A DNA stretch of 64,000 nt from contig OZ024742.1 of the NCBI GenBank assembly GCA_964016885.1, positions 73,284,001-73,348,000 on the forward strand, read 5' to 3'. Below, piece by piece: positions 13,060 to 26,264 of the stretch. Source of the DNA: Eledone cirrhosa (Eukaryota). Below the pieces are notes generated by a model that saw only the letters and a list, made by a program, of their open reading frames with translations, was not told where the DNA came from and ran no database searches. Made by a program: the position numbers and the translations under genes. Every line of letters starts with the position of its first letter. Within the stretch, counting starts at the first letter, position 1.

Positions 13060-14802
13060 ATCTAATTTTATTATTGTTAATCTGGTGTTTGGAACATAAT
13101 GTAACAAAGGTTCTTACATAATTATGATGCTAAGTTATTAAATGAATATAAACACTATAAAATAAATTGTTTTGTATTGTAGAATCAGGGGCAGTTTCAA
13201 ACAGTTTAGTATTAAAAGTGTTAAACTAGTGATAAAAAAGAAAGGTCTTTGCTACATAAACATTCCTTGTTGAAGTACATATCTGAAGTGATATCTATAT
13301 TCTCACTTTTGTCAATTATTTACCTCATAATAAATGGTATTGCCAATAGGATTGAAATTGGTACTGATTACTACTGACTTTGTGGAAGCATAGCTAGGAT
13401 GTATTACAACCTCTTCAACAACAAGAAATTGACAGAGAGTGGTCTAACCCATGCTAGCATGGAAAATAGATGTTAAACGATGATGATGGTGGATGTAATA
13501 GTCTAAAGGTATCACTAATTGCTATCTGAAGCAACTCGGATGCTTTTCAGAAAATATATAAGATTAAAATGAATATTGGGAAGCCCCCAAAAAGTTTCTT
13601 ATTGCCAAACAAACCACCATATATACTCATTTATAAGCTGAGAAATATGACAAAAAAAAACAAAAAAAATGGATGGTAAAATGGAGTGGGTTAGCTTATA
13701 TACGAGGTCAATATTTTGCCAATTTTCACCAACTTCAAATCCTAAATTAAGTGCTAAAATATCTGGAATGATTATTTTACAATGACACACTGTTTTTCTA
13801 CATTTACTACCTTGTCATGAGTGTTATTTATGCATTCCATTGAAAAAATGTCCAACAAATTTTTAATATTTGAACATTTTAATATACAAATATTCCCTAC
13901 ACATACACACATGCACATACGAACACACACACACACCTACTGTTTTTCTCTGCCTCAATAATACTTTTTCTTTCAATCTTACTTCTTCTTATTTGTGTTT
14001 TATTACTTTCATCCTTTCTCTCCCTCTCTTTTTCTTGCTCTGCTTCCCATCTCTCTCACTCGATGTCTCTCCATTTTCTACTCCATAAATCCCTATACAA
14101 AGTTTTCTCATTCAATCTGTTGCTTTCAAAGTACTCCTAGCATGTGAGTGGCCAGATGTAAACGAAAAATTAGAAACTTGTTTTAAAAAATCATTACGAA
14201 ATGGAGCTGTGAAATAAAAACTATATTCTAAACAACATTTAAACATTTTAAAAATCAAGTTATTAAAACTTCATAAATATATTCTATACTCATGAGAATT
14301 TTAAAATCACACTCTCTAAACATGTGTTGATTAGCTACAAGTGTTGATTAGCTGCCTCAGCTTATAAATGGAGTTTTGATTTTTGCCATTTCTTAAAAAT
14401 AAAATGGAGGTCAACTTATATTCAAGTATATACAGTATTTTTATATCTCTGTGTTAAGAATCATCTGAACCTATTGTAAAATGTTTATATCATTTTGTAA
14501 CATTAATGCTTCTATTGGTTTGTTGAGATGGAAACAACTGCTTTATAGCATTAAAATTGCAAGTGTTATTTTTTAATGTGCTGTAGAAAAGAGTTTAGTG
14601 AGTGATATATTAAGATAACCTATCAGGATGATATATGTGAGGGCACAACAGCTGAGGAGGGACTGAACCAGAAGTGCAAGATTACATTGGATTACCTGAA
14701 AGATACAGGTATGACTATCAATTCAGAGAAACGTCTTTAATAACAATAAGACAATTTTGAGAGATGGGATATTTCATTTTAAGTGAAAATGTGCCTCTAA
14801 AT

Positions 14803-15090
14803 CAGGGATCTCAAACTCAAAGTCTCAAAAGGCCCATTACATCTTGGGGAAGTGGTACAGAGGGCCCAAAAATGAGATAAGGTAGGAAAGGAGATGATTT
14901 CAACTAGTTATAATGCTAATCTACAATACAGCTGATAGGATAGGCTGCTATTTGTTGATATAAAAAGGACTACACACATGATAGTAAGTAGTATAGTACA
15001 AAATATAAATTTTCCATTTCAAACTTTCCTTAATTGTTCTGCCACAGGCCAAAGAAAAGTAGTTTGTGGACCATATGTTTGACACACCTA
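14803..15090. mobile_element. hAT (Charlie-like) MITE
   Basis: TIRs CAGGGATCTCAAAC and GTTTGACACACCTA; 8-bp TSD CTCTAAAT/CTCTAGAT fits the NTCTAGAN target preference. Confidence 0.85.
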
Positions 15091-15685
15091 CTCTAGATTA
15101 TATTTTGTTCTGAAACTATAAGGTATTTTTCCACCCTTTAATCAAATTTTATTTCTAGGATTGATAAATTTCATAATTAATAATTGCAAAAACATTCTGA
15201 AATGATTGAACTATTTACAAATTTGCAAAAGAAAAATGTTGAATTTCATTAGACTAAAGTTCATTAGTGAAGAGTTTATGATATCTAAAAAATACTCTTG
15301 CAACAAAGACGTTGTGTTGCCAACCAATACTAATGTGCACTGATATCAGGAATTTTATCATAGCATAACCACCCTGTGTTATATCTAAGGAGTTTAGTGA
15401 CTGCTGAATCTGATAATTGAGATATTAGCTATATATATCTGGTTTAGAATAGGTATACTGTATCCCTTCATGTTGTAAGAAATAACTATAATGGCTGGTA
15501 TCAGGAAGGACATCCAGTTGTAATACATTGCCTCAAAAAGTCCTGTCCAGCCCATGCCAGCATGGAAAAGTCAAGGTAAAAACTATAATGATGATGAGAG
15601 GGGAGCTTTAACAATTGTGAGAACACAAGCTGTGCCTCCAAACGTTTACTTAATAGAAAATTCCTGCTTAGATATGTTCATAAAC

Positions 15686-16838
15686 ATTCTTCTTCTTCTT
15701 TGCCCACTTATTCCTGAGAGGTTCATGGGGGCAGAGTCATCAAACACTACTTCCAGTGAGTCCTGTCAGAAGCAACTGTCTCCAACAGATCTGGCTGGAT
15801 CCCCAAGCGAGACCAGCTGAGCTCATAGATGTTATCCAACCATCTAGCTTGGGGTCTACCCTTGAGTCTCCAGCTGGTTGGTTTTGCCCATAAAATCTGT
15901 CCAGAGCTTCTTTCCTGAGACATTCTCACCACATGCCCATAGTATCAGAGCTGTGATCTCTCAATTCAGTGAAGTAGCAGCTCTACCTGGAGTGACTCTC
16001 TGATCTGCGAGCTATGCACTTCGAAGATCCTTCAGAGGAACCCCATTTTGGCTGCTTGTATTTGCGATCATATTCTTTTGGTCATTACCCAAAATCCATG
16101 ACCATAGGTAAGGATTGGCATGGATACCAAATTGAAGATAGTTAGTTTGGCTTTTACACCTACCTTCCTTACTGAATGCTGAAGCTGGCGCATTACCCCT
16201 ACAATTCATACACTTAATTCAGCCTCCTGCCTTCCATCACTCATGAACATGGCCCCGAAATGCTTGAACTTCTCCACCTGATTCAGTGGAACTCTATTCA
16301 CATGTAGTATGCATTGCACAGGCTTCTTTGAGAGGACAAGTGTCTCGGTTTTTGCAGCACTGATTTTCATTCCAGCTATGCAGTACTTGGCACCAAACCT
16401 ATCAAGTGTAAGTCAGAGATCACTGTATGTCAAGTTGTATGTCATCTGCAAATTCCAGCCGATTTTACACCGAATGATGACCGAATACTTTACTGCACCA
16501 GCTCCTGCATTTTTTTGTAATTAATTCAGCCTTCTGCCTTCCATCATTCATGAACACGGCCCCAAGATACTTGAACTTCTCCACATGTAGAGTGCACTGC
16601 ACAGGCTTTCTTGAGAGGATAAGTATCTCAGTTTAGACAGCACTGATTTTCATTCAAGCTATACAGCACTCTGCATTAAACCTTCTGACGAGTTAAGTAA
16701 TACGATGTTGTCTGCAAATTCCAGCCAAATAATCCTACACCTACCACTTGTGATACCACTTCCAACCCGACTGCACATGTCAATCCTGTTCATGAAAATA
16801 ATGAACAGGAGAGGTGACAGAACGCATCATATAAATGG
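15686..16838 (-). mobile_element. 5'-truncated RTE LINE with an internal templated insertion
   Basis: GRPQARWLDNIYELSW, (GAA)n tail, RT motif LEFADN; probable TSD TGTTCATAAAC/TGCTCATAAAC (15675-15685, 16839-16849). Confidence 0.92.
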
Positions 16839-17149
16839 TGCTCATAAACCTATTTGATTTATATTTAATCCATACAATGAACTCCCAAACAGCACATCAT
16901 CAAGAAAACTAAGATGACCAATGCAACTAACAGCATTCAATTTTGATATTACATATGTGAAGGAAAACTCCATTTCTCCTGTAAACATGAAAGAATACTC
17001 CATACCTCCTGTTAACATGCTCTCTCAAGTTTAGACTACAGTTTCAGAATGTTAAAATGCTTGAATAATGTTGATAATTTTAGATTACAACCTCATGATA
17101 CTAGTTTGAATATGGCTGATGAGGACTTTTCAATCAAGTTAAACCTCTC

Positions 17150-17560
17150 TTGTACTGGTACCAGAATAAAATTCCCCCACTACACTCTGTAAAGAGGTTG
17201 ATGTTAGAAAGAGCATCCAGCCATAGAAACCATGCCAAAAAAGGTTGACAAAGCTCTTCAGACATGACAACCTCTTTGGTGCTGATGCCACAATAAAACA
17301 CACTCAATGCACTGTGTAAAATGGTTGTTAGGAAGGGCATTCAGCTGTAAAAGCCATACAACAATAAAAGGTTTGAAAGCACTCATTAGTTATATCAGTG
17401 GTTGGCATTAGGAATGGCATCCAGCCATAGAAAACATGCTAAATATATGTAAGCAAAATGTGGTTCTTTGAATGGTCTAAAAGAACATTAGCTCTAATTA
17501 AGTACTAATATAGTCTGTAACAACCCGTTCAACCAATGCCAGTGTGAAATAATGATGGTG
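17150..17560 (+). mobile_element. Cluster of decayed family C SINE tails
   Basis: Three recurrences of TTAGGAAGGGCATCCAGCC-like motifs. Confidence 0.7.
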
Positions 17561-17812
17561 TATCATCAATATTTTACATCATCTTCATGTTGGCATGGTC
17601 TAGATAGGATTTTATGGCCAGATGCCTTTTCTGATGCAGACCCTTTTAGTCGCTTCCTAAGACATTCCTATTTGCTAATGTTTTTCTTGTATACAGCGTC
17701 ATTATATTTGTTATCTACCAATATTTGAACAATATATGGCATGAAATATGAAATCAGAACTGTAAATATTAAAATTCTCAACAACTGAAATAAAAACACT
17801 ACCTGGAGGAAC

Positions 17813-17865
<53 letters not shown>

Positions 17866-19444
17866 CAAGATGGATTCAGCTTGAAACTGGTTAGACCATT
17901 ACTCAAGAGTACTCGATACTTGGGGTAGTAGAGTATGGTTATATTGTAAAGAGACGGGACCCCGACTCTTTATAATGTATGTCTGTGTGCACGCGCACAC
18001 GTGCACACTTATTAGATAATAAATTGTTTAAGTATCTATATACTATAATTTCATGTAAAATTTCTTAAGTCTAAAAAAGTTGTTGTCTGGATAATTGAAA
18101 AAGTGATAAACTATTGCCTAGCATACTTCTCATTTGATGTTGAAATCTTGAGGATGATTTCAAATATACAATTCATTCCTAGAAACAGTGAGAATATGTT
18201 CTAGTTGTCTCATCAAAGACAATAATGTCAAAATCTATAGATCTTGTCTTCTGCTTACTTAGAGCAGGCCACAGGCAGGAAAAGGTCAATGGCTGTTTGC
18301 CAAAGAATATATTTTATGGTAAGCTTGTATTTGTACCATAAATTACTGATACAAGTACCCTGAAGAAAGGTCTCAATGCTTTTGGTTAAAATCAAAATGA
18401 ATATAAGTTTGAGAAATTCCTGCAATTTGACAATAGAACTCATCTAGAAATTATACATTAAAATGTAGCATATTTAGAAGCAAGACTAACTTGTGATGCA
18501 ATTAACCAAACCATAATATAATTTTTCTAGTATTATCAACAATCAATTTCTAATATTTTTTATCCATTCCAGAGTTATTATATGGTAATGGTTAAACTAA
18601 ATTTGCAATTACTACAAGAATAGCATGATTTTTTTCCAATCTAATCCTAACAGTGGATTTCGTTTGAAACAATGACTGTGGAGGTGTGTGACACAGATAT
18701 TTGTTGAAAATAGTACATGAAACTAAGAGACAAATTACATCTGAACAACATGTTGAATATTGCAGATTAATAATTAAAAACAAAAAAAAATGTTAGTTTG
18801 AGAATATCAAAAAGATTAAACAATGAAAAAAGAAAATAAACTGTAATATTCAGCTTGAAGAATATTTTAATTTAAAATATAATAAGTTTAGAGGACTTTA
18901 AAAGTCATCAATAACTTTCAAGGAAAAGTTACTAAATAGTAATAAAATAAAACTGAAGAGAACTCATGCAACATTTCATTTCAAGCTAAATTCTAATGTT
19001 GATCCATGCTGGTGAGGAAAAAAATGGATGTTTAATGATGATGATAGTGATGATGATAAGATGTCATGCTGAACAACTGCCTTGTTAAAGTCTTCGGTTA
19101 ATAAGGTGTTTCAGAAATGTATTTGAAATTATAAAAACCAAATATTTATTATATGGCATCATTCTGTCAGGAGAACAGCAAAACTTTATTTACCAAAAGT
19201 ACATATTTACAACTGAGATTAATCAATTTCAAGGATGAAGCTCCAGATTATGATCATTTTTCAGTTTCTACTAATTATACAACTCTTAAGACAGAAAACT
19301 GTGTTATCCCTTAGCAAAACTGACAATTACATGGTAAAGTTGGGATCCAAAAGGATATCAAAGTGACAATCAAACCTTTCATGTGAGGTAAAAGACAGGT
19401 AAAAATCTAAAATATCTAAAGTAAGTTATAACTAATTTCTCAGA

Positions 19445-22400
19445 CAAGTTGGACAGATAGGGACAAGGTAAACAGATGAAGTCAAGGAAGACAGATGAAG
19501 TCAAGGAAGGCAGGTGAAGATAAGGTGGACAGGTGAAGCCAAGGTGGACAGATGAAGATCAGGTGGACAGATGAAGACAAGGTGGACAGATGAAGTCAAG
19601 GTGGACAGGTGAAGACAAGGTGGACAGGTTAAGATAAGGTGGACAAGTGAAGATAAGGTGGACAGGTGAAGACAAGGTGGACAGGTGAAGATAAGGTGGA
19701 GATGAAGAAAAGGTGGACAGGTGAAGATAAGGTGGACAGGTGAGGGTAAGGTAGACAGGTGAAGATAAGGTAGACAGGTGAAGATAAGGTGGACAGGAGA
19801 AAAAAAGGTGGACAGGTGAAGACAAGGTGGACAGGTGAGGGTAAGGTAGACAGGTGAAGATAAGGTGGACAGGTAAAGACAAGGTGGACAGGTGAAGACA
19901 AGGTGGACAGGTGAAGACAAGGTGGACAGGTGAAGTCAAGGTGGACAGGTGAAGACAAGGTGGACAGGTGAAGACAAGGTGGACAGGTGAAGATAAGGTG
20001 GACAGATGAAGATAAGGTGGACAGGTGAAGATAAGGTGGACAGGTAAAAGCCAAGGTGGACAGATGAAGATAAGGTGGACAGGTGAAGATAAGGTGGACA
20101 GATGAAGTCAAGGTGGACAGGTGAAGATAAGGTGGACAGATGAAGATAAGGTGGACAGGTGAAGATAAGGTAGACAGGTGAAGATAAGGTGGACAGGTGA
20201 AGATAAAGTGGACAGGTGAAGATAAGGTGGACAGGTGAAGATGAGGTGGACAGGTGAAGATAAGGTGGACAGATGAAGACAAGGTGGACAGGTGCGATAA
20301 GGTAGACAGGCGAAGATAAGGTGGGCAGGTGAAGATAAGGTGGACAGGTGAAGATAAGGTGGACAGGTGAAGATAAGGTGGACAGGTGAAGATAAGGTGG
20401 GCAGGTGAAGATGAGGTGGGCAGGTGAAGACAAGGTAGACAGGTGAAGACAAGGTGGACAGGTGCGATAAGGTAGACAGGCGAAGATAAGGTGGGCAGGT
20501 GAAGATGAGGTGGACAGGTGAAAATAAGGTAGACAGGTGACGAGAAGGTGGACACATGGAGACAAGGTGGACAGATGAAGATAAAATAGACAGGTGAAAA
20601 CAAGGTGGACAGGTGAAGACAAGGTGGACAGGTAAAGATAAGGTGGACATAGGAAGACAAGGTGGACAGATAAAGACAAGGTGGACAGATAAAGACAAGG
20701 TGGACAGATGAAGATAACGTGGACAGATGAAGAAAAGGTAGGCAGGTGAAGTCAAGTAAGACAGGTGAAGATAAGGTTGACAGATGAAGACAAGGTGGAC
20801 AGATGAAGACAAGGTGGACAGATGAAGATAAGGTGGACAGATGAAGATAAGGTGGACATAGGAAGACAAGGTGGACAGATAAAGACAAGGTGGACAGGTG
20901 AAGATAAGGTGGACAGGTGAAGATAAGTTGGACAGGTGAAGATAAGGTGGACAGGTGAAGACAAGGTGGATAGGTGAAGACGAGGTGGACAGGTGAAGAC
21001 AGGTGGATAGATGAAGATAAGGTGGACAGATGAAGATTAGGTGGACAGATGAAGATAAGTTGAACAGATGAAGATAAGGTGAACAGGTGAAGATAAGGTG
21101 GACAGGTGAAGATAAGGTGGACAGGTGAAGATAACGTGGACAGGTGAATATACGGTGGACAGATGAAGACAAGGTGGACAGGTGAAGATAAGGTGGACAG
21201 ATGAAGTCAAGGAAGACAGGTGAAGATAAGATGGACAGATGAAGACAATGTGGACAGGTGAAAATAAGGTGGACAAGTGAAGATAAGGTGGACAGATGAA
21301 GATGAGGTGGACAGGTGAAGACAAGGTGGACAGGTGAAGATACGGTGGACAGGTGAAGATAAGGTTGACAGGTGATAATGAGGTGGACAGGTGAAGACAA
21401 GGTGGACAGGTGAAGATAAGGTGGACAGGTGAAGATAAGGTGGACAGATGAAGATAAGATGGACAGGTGAAGATAAGGTGAACAGATAAAGATAAGGTGG
21501 ACAGATGAAGACAAGGTGGACAGGTGAAGTTAAGGTGAACAGGTGAAGATAAGGTAGACAGGTGAAAACAAGGTGCACAGGTGAAGATAAGGTAGACAGG
21601 TGAAGATAAGGTTGACAGGTGATAATGAGGTGGACAGGTGAAGACAAGGTGGACAGGTGAAGTTAAGGTGGACAGATGAAGACAATGTGGACAGGAGAAA
21701 ATAAGGTGGACAGGTGAAGATAAGGTGGACAGATGAAGACAAGGTGGACAGATAAAGATAAGGTGGACAGATGAAGATAAGGTAGACAGGTGAAGATTAG
21801 GTGGACAGGTGAAGATAAGGTAGACAGATGAAGATAAGGTGGACAGGAGAAAATAAGGTGGACAGGTGAAGACAAGGTGGACAGGTGAAGATAAGGTGGA
21901 CAGATGAAGATAAGTTGGACAGATGAAGACAAGGTGGACAGATAAAGATAAGGTAGACAGGTGAAGACAAGGTGGACAGGTGAAGATAAGGTGGACAGAT
22001 GAAGATAAGGTAGACAGGTGAAGACAAGGTGGACAGGTGAAGATAAGGTGGACAGATGAAGATAAGGTAGACAGGTGAAGACAAGGTGGACAGGTGAAGA
22101 CAAGGTGGACAGATGAAGATAAGGTGGACAGATGAAGATAAGGTGGACAGGAGAAAATAAGGTGGACAGGTGAAGACAAGGTGGACAGGTGAAGATAAGG
22201 TGGACAGATGAAGATAAGTTGGACAGATGAAGACAAGGTGGACAGGTGAAGATAAGGTGGACAGGTGAAGATAAAGTGGACAGGTGAAGATAAGGTAGAC
22301 AGGTGAATGACAAGGTAGACAGGTGAAGATAAGATGGACAGGTGAAGATAAGGTGGACAGATGAAAATAAGGTGGACAGGTGAAGATAAGGTAGACAGGT

Positions 22401-22617
22401 GAAGACAAGGTGGACAGGTGAAGATAAGGTGGACAGATGAAGACAAGGTAGACATGTGAAGATAAGGTGGACAGGTGAAGACAAGGTAGACAGGTAAAGA
22501 TAAGGTGGACAGGTGAAGATAAGGTGGACAGATGAAGATAAGATGGACAGATGAAGACAAGGTGGACAGGTGAAGATAAGGTGGACAGGTGAAGATAAGG
22601 TGGACAGGTGAAGATAA
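19445..22617. repeat. 19-bp purine-rich minisatellite, about 165 copies (AGGTGGACAGGTGAAGATA)
   Basis: Directly visible tandem units; source of all long minus-strand HLSTLSSPV ORFs. Confidence 0.99.
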
Positions 22618-23135
22618 ACACCCAGTTTTCATCCATAGATGATTAGCCCTCAAAAATCCCTGCCTTGCACATCTTTTCCCTGCTGCCATTGACTTGCTAC
22701 TGTTCACAAGGATCATTTATCATTAATACCATTGGTCTCCTAGAAAGGAGGGTCTGCAAAGTCCATGGGCCTTAGCCATTCTTCCAGAATAAACCAATAA
22801 AAATAGAAGCAATATCATTATCATCACCATTTAATGTCCCTTTTTTCACACTAACATGGGTTAGACGAGTTGTCCCATTTGAGACAAGACAGATCAGGTG
22901 ACCATGTTCTGCCCATACAAAACATGTTTCTGGCTTGGTTTCTACAGCTAGATGCCCTTCGTGGCACCAACCATATTTACAGTGTGGCAATCAGTTCTTG
23001 TTCTGTTTCAATGATATGGCCAAATGACAACTGAATCTGGTCGTTGGAGTCCTTTTCAAGTCAATGGCAGCAGGGAAAAGATGTGCAAGGAAGGGATTTT
23101 TGAGGGCTAATCATCTATGGATGAAAACTGGGTGT
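22618..23135. repeat. 79-bp inverted repeat pair (22618-22696 and 23057-23135)
   Basis: Arms match at 78 of 79 positions; a 360-bp spacer contains a minus-strand SINE tail. Confidence 0.95.
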
Positions 23136-23534
23136 AGTGGTTAGTGTAAGATGTTTGGGTGGTGGACATAATATGGGTGACAAGTGACTCAGAAGACATC
23201 TGAGTGAAGGCGACACAAGACAAGGCAACTGTGAGGAGAAACTATTATAATAGCTGTGGAAGAGGCACAGAGAGGAAATATAACATCTGGGAGCCAGAGA
23301 TTAGTGCAATAAATATGAGATAATAAACACAAACAGTTATGAATGAAGATAATGGTACTAACTGTTTTATTTCTTTTCTCATCTACAACACTAATGTATT
23401 GAGTCAAGAGGAGAATATTGTCTGAATACTTTTTAGTCTCATTTTATACATCATTTACCAATGTGTGACTGTATGTCTTTCCTCGTCCAGGATCTATATC
23501 TACCATAACATGTAACAACAGTTTACATCATTGT

Positions 23535-23785
23535 CTGTATACAAATTAAGGAATATCATAGCCTGTATACAAATGTTTCATTTGATAACTGTACACTAGT
23601 ATGAAAGAATAAACACTGGAATTAAGGAATATCATAGCCTGTATACAAATGTTTCATTTGATAACAGTAGACTAGAATTAAGGAATATACACTGGAATTA
23701 AGGTATGCAATAGTCTGTATACAAATGTTTCATTTGATAACTATACACTAGAATTAAGGAATATACACTGGAATTAAGAAATATA
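23535..23785. repeat. Degenerate tandem repeat
   Basis: GTATACAAATGTTTCATTTGATAAC and AATTAAGGAATAT each recur 3-5 times. Confidence 0.8.
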
Positions 23786-25165
23786 AGCCATAAATGAATA
23801 TCTGTTTCAGCTATACTGATACTTTGTTACAGGTAATTTCTTTTCATGTAGCATCTTTCACTGAACATAGATTATTTTTTAACATAAAACCCTCACTGAA
23901 CAACTTACTATAGAAAACTGCTATGAAGTGTTGCTAGCCAATGTTAGAGAATTAATCAATACTAGAAGGATTTAATGGGTAGTTTGCTGTAGAGACAGTT
24001 GCTCTGTGGCATCTATTAGAAATATAAAAAAAACACATACAAACCAAGTTAAAACAGAGAAAGAAAAAAAATCGTTTTTTTCTCTGAAAATTATGAAAAA
24101 AATGTTTTAGTTGAAATGAGATTTTATAAAATATTTCATTCCAAGAAATGTTACTGCCTTTCTTTCTCATCTGATTAACATCTATTATTTTATGGTGGAT
24201 TAGAAGTAGAATTGTTAGAGTATTGGACAACATGTTTTGTGGCATATAGTTACAGGTTTTTACATTCTGAGTTCAAATCCTGCCAAGATTAGCTTTGCTG
24301 TTCAGCAAAATATACCCCTTTAAGAAGACCCACTGTACTAATAAGAAATGTGTTACATGTAGAATAAATCCACAAATAAATTGTAAAACTAGAAATGTAG
24401 CCTATAGCATAAGATGTACAGAGGGTACTTGCAGAAACATGACAACAACATACATAGGTGAAACAGCTTGAAGCATAGGAGAGAGGATAGACCGAGACTG
24501 GGGTAAACTAAAAGCACAAAAAGATGTTTCAGTACTATATGAACATGCCAGACAAAGACATGATAGTAATATAGACAACATAGAAATTAAAATAATATCT
24601 AAACATAGAAATGAGTCAACAGGTAGACAAATCAGAGAAGCAACTGAAATAGAACTAAGAAAACCAAAGTTGAACAGCAAAGAATGAATGGAATAACAAC
24701 AATAACAACCATACACAAACACACAATACTTAACTAAGATAAACATAAATACATAAATATACACAGGTACAATAACAACAACCACACATAAACACACACT
24801 AGTGAACAAAGATGGAATGCAAACACACACACCAAACAGAAAGCACACATGCAAACAGAGACAAGAATAAATAAATAAATAAATAAAAATGGTGTAGATA
24901 TTACAATACAACAGGAGGAAACATAATAGTACCACTGATGATGTCACAGGTGTGTCATGAAAGAACTTTGATAAACTATATATATATATTTATATCTATA
25001 TTTTTAACCGTTGGTCAATCAATGATAAACATTGGTTGCCAGATAAATTAACTATAGAGATATAAGATACAGAACCGAAAACCAATCCGAACCAAAGTGT
25101 GAGTGTGTTTTATTATCATTTCTGGTAATATTATAACAATATGGTCCTCCCCATATATATATATA

Positions 25166-25332
25166 CCATATTTCCCAGCGCCGAAGACACTTCGTCCTCA
25201 AGAGCGCACCTTAATTTTGACAACCAAAATTTGGAAAAAAATAATAAACAATCTTCGGCCTCCAGGACGCATGGTAGATTTTTGAGACTTATTTTAGGAA
25301 AAAAGTAGCGTCTTCAACGCCAGGAAATATGG
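25166..25332. mobile_element. Tc1/mariner-type MITE with TA TSD
   Basis: TA|CCATATTTCCCAGCGCCGAAGAC...GTCTTCAACGCCAGGAAATATGG|TA. Confidence 0.88.
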
Positions 25333-25365
25333 TATATACATATATATATATATTTGTATATATAT

Positions 25366-25424
<59 letters not shown>

Positions 25425-25493
25425 TATATATATAGTAAATGAGTGAAGACTAACGTGGTCGGCTATACAATAGGGTTTATTCAAAGTATTCAA

Positions 25494-25604
25494 AGTATTA
25501 ACAATTTTTTCATTAATCTGGTGTGTCTGAAAATCGCTGTTCGCAAGATGCTACATCACTCGATTTTAATTACAGTCGATACCTGACCAAATCATCAGAA
25601 TACT
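25494..25604 (-). ncRNA. Degenerate hammerhead-like motif (probable Penelope pLTR relic)
   Basis: AGTATT-CTGATGA-TTTGGT...ACCAGA-TTAAT-GAAA-AAATTG-TT-AATACT; perfect 6-bp stem I, damaged stem III. Confidence 0.5.
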
Positions 25605-25924
25605 GATCTGTGTACATGATACAGAGCGCTAGTATTTATAGATACATGGAAAAATAACATGAATGAAAGCAATAATAATAATAATAAGAGTAGGGTGTAG
25701 TGATGATACTGGGATGGAGGCGTAAAATAGTAATAATAATAATAACATGGAAAAAATAAGTAAAGTGGTATGAAGAGATGATACGATAAGGATGATATTT
25801 AAGGTAACTTGACAGTGTAATAAAATGGAATGGGATGAGATGAAGGGATAATGGCATCTGTCAAATACAGTGGGGTGAAATGAATTAAATAGATGAAACA
25901 GCTAAATATTTACTATTATTACTC

Positions 25925-26200
25925 CAAGAACTGCTTACCTAGGAACTGTCTTAAATCGGCCACCCGACTAAGGAAACTTCTTGTTAAGTCAAACAACGCC
26001 GAACGTTAAAACTATCCTAGATACAGAGTAATCATAACCTCTACTTGGATTACCTTAAACAATATCTCGTTAACTTATATCTGATGAAGGACTAGTGTCC
26101 GAAACGTTAAGACCCTCTTCCTGCTATATAAAGCGTTAACCTAATATATACCTTCCATATACTGTACCGATTGTGTTGTTATTTCTGTTTACCTTATACA
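25925..26200 (+). mobile_element. Penelope-like element relic with minimal hammerhead core at 26081-26108
   Basis: PRTAY...RPP..RKLLVKS linker-like peptide (frameshifted), then CTGATGA-A-GGAC-TAGT-GTCC-GAAA-CGTT. Downstream sequence is shared with 42160-42225. Confidence 0.7.
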
Positions 26201-26264
26201 TGCATATATATGTATATATATATATGTGTTAAGTATTTCCGTGGAAAAGGTAAAGGAAAGCTAT

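Noticed and set aside
14627-14708. Possible plus-strand exon (DDICEGTTAEEGLNQKCKITLDYLKDT)
   Set aside because: Acceptor lacks a pyrimidine tract and no homology is recognised.
17862-17975. Further hammerheads (also about 8263-8310 and 9088-9120)
   Set aside because: Only half of the core or no convincing stems.
19501-22716. Long minus-strand ORFs (up to 559 aa) as genes
   Set aside because: They arise from a stop-free 19-bp unit read in all three frames; no unique domain or gene structure.
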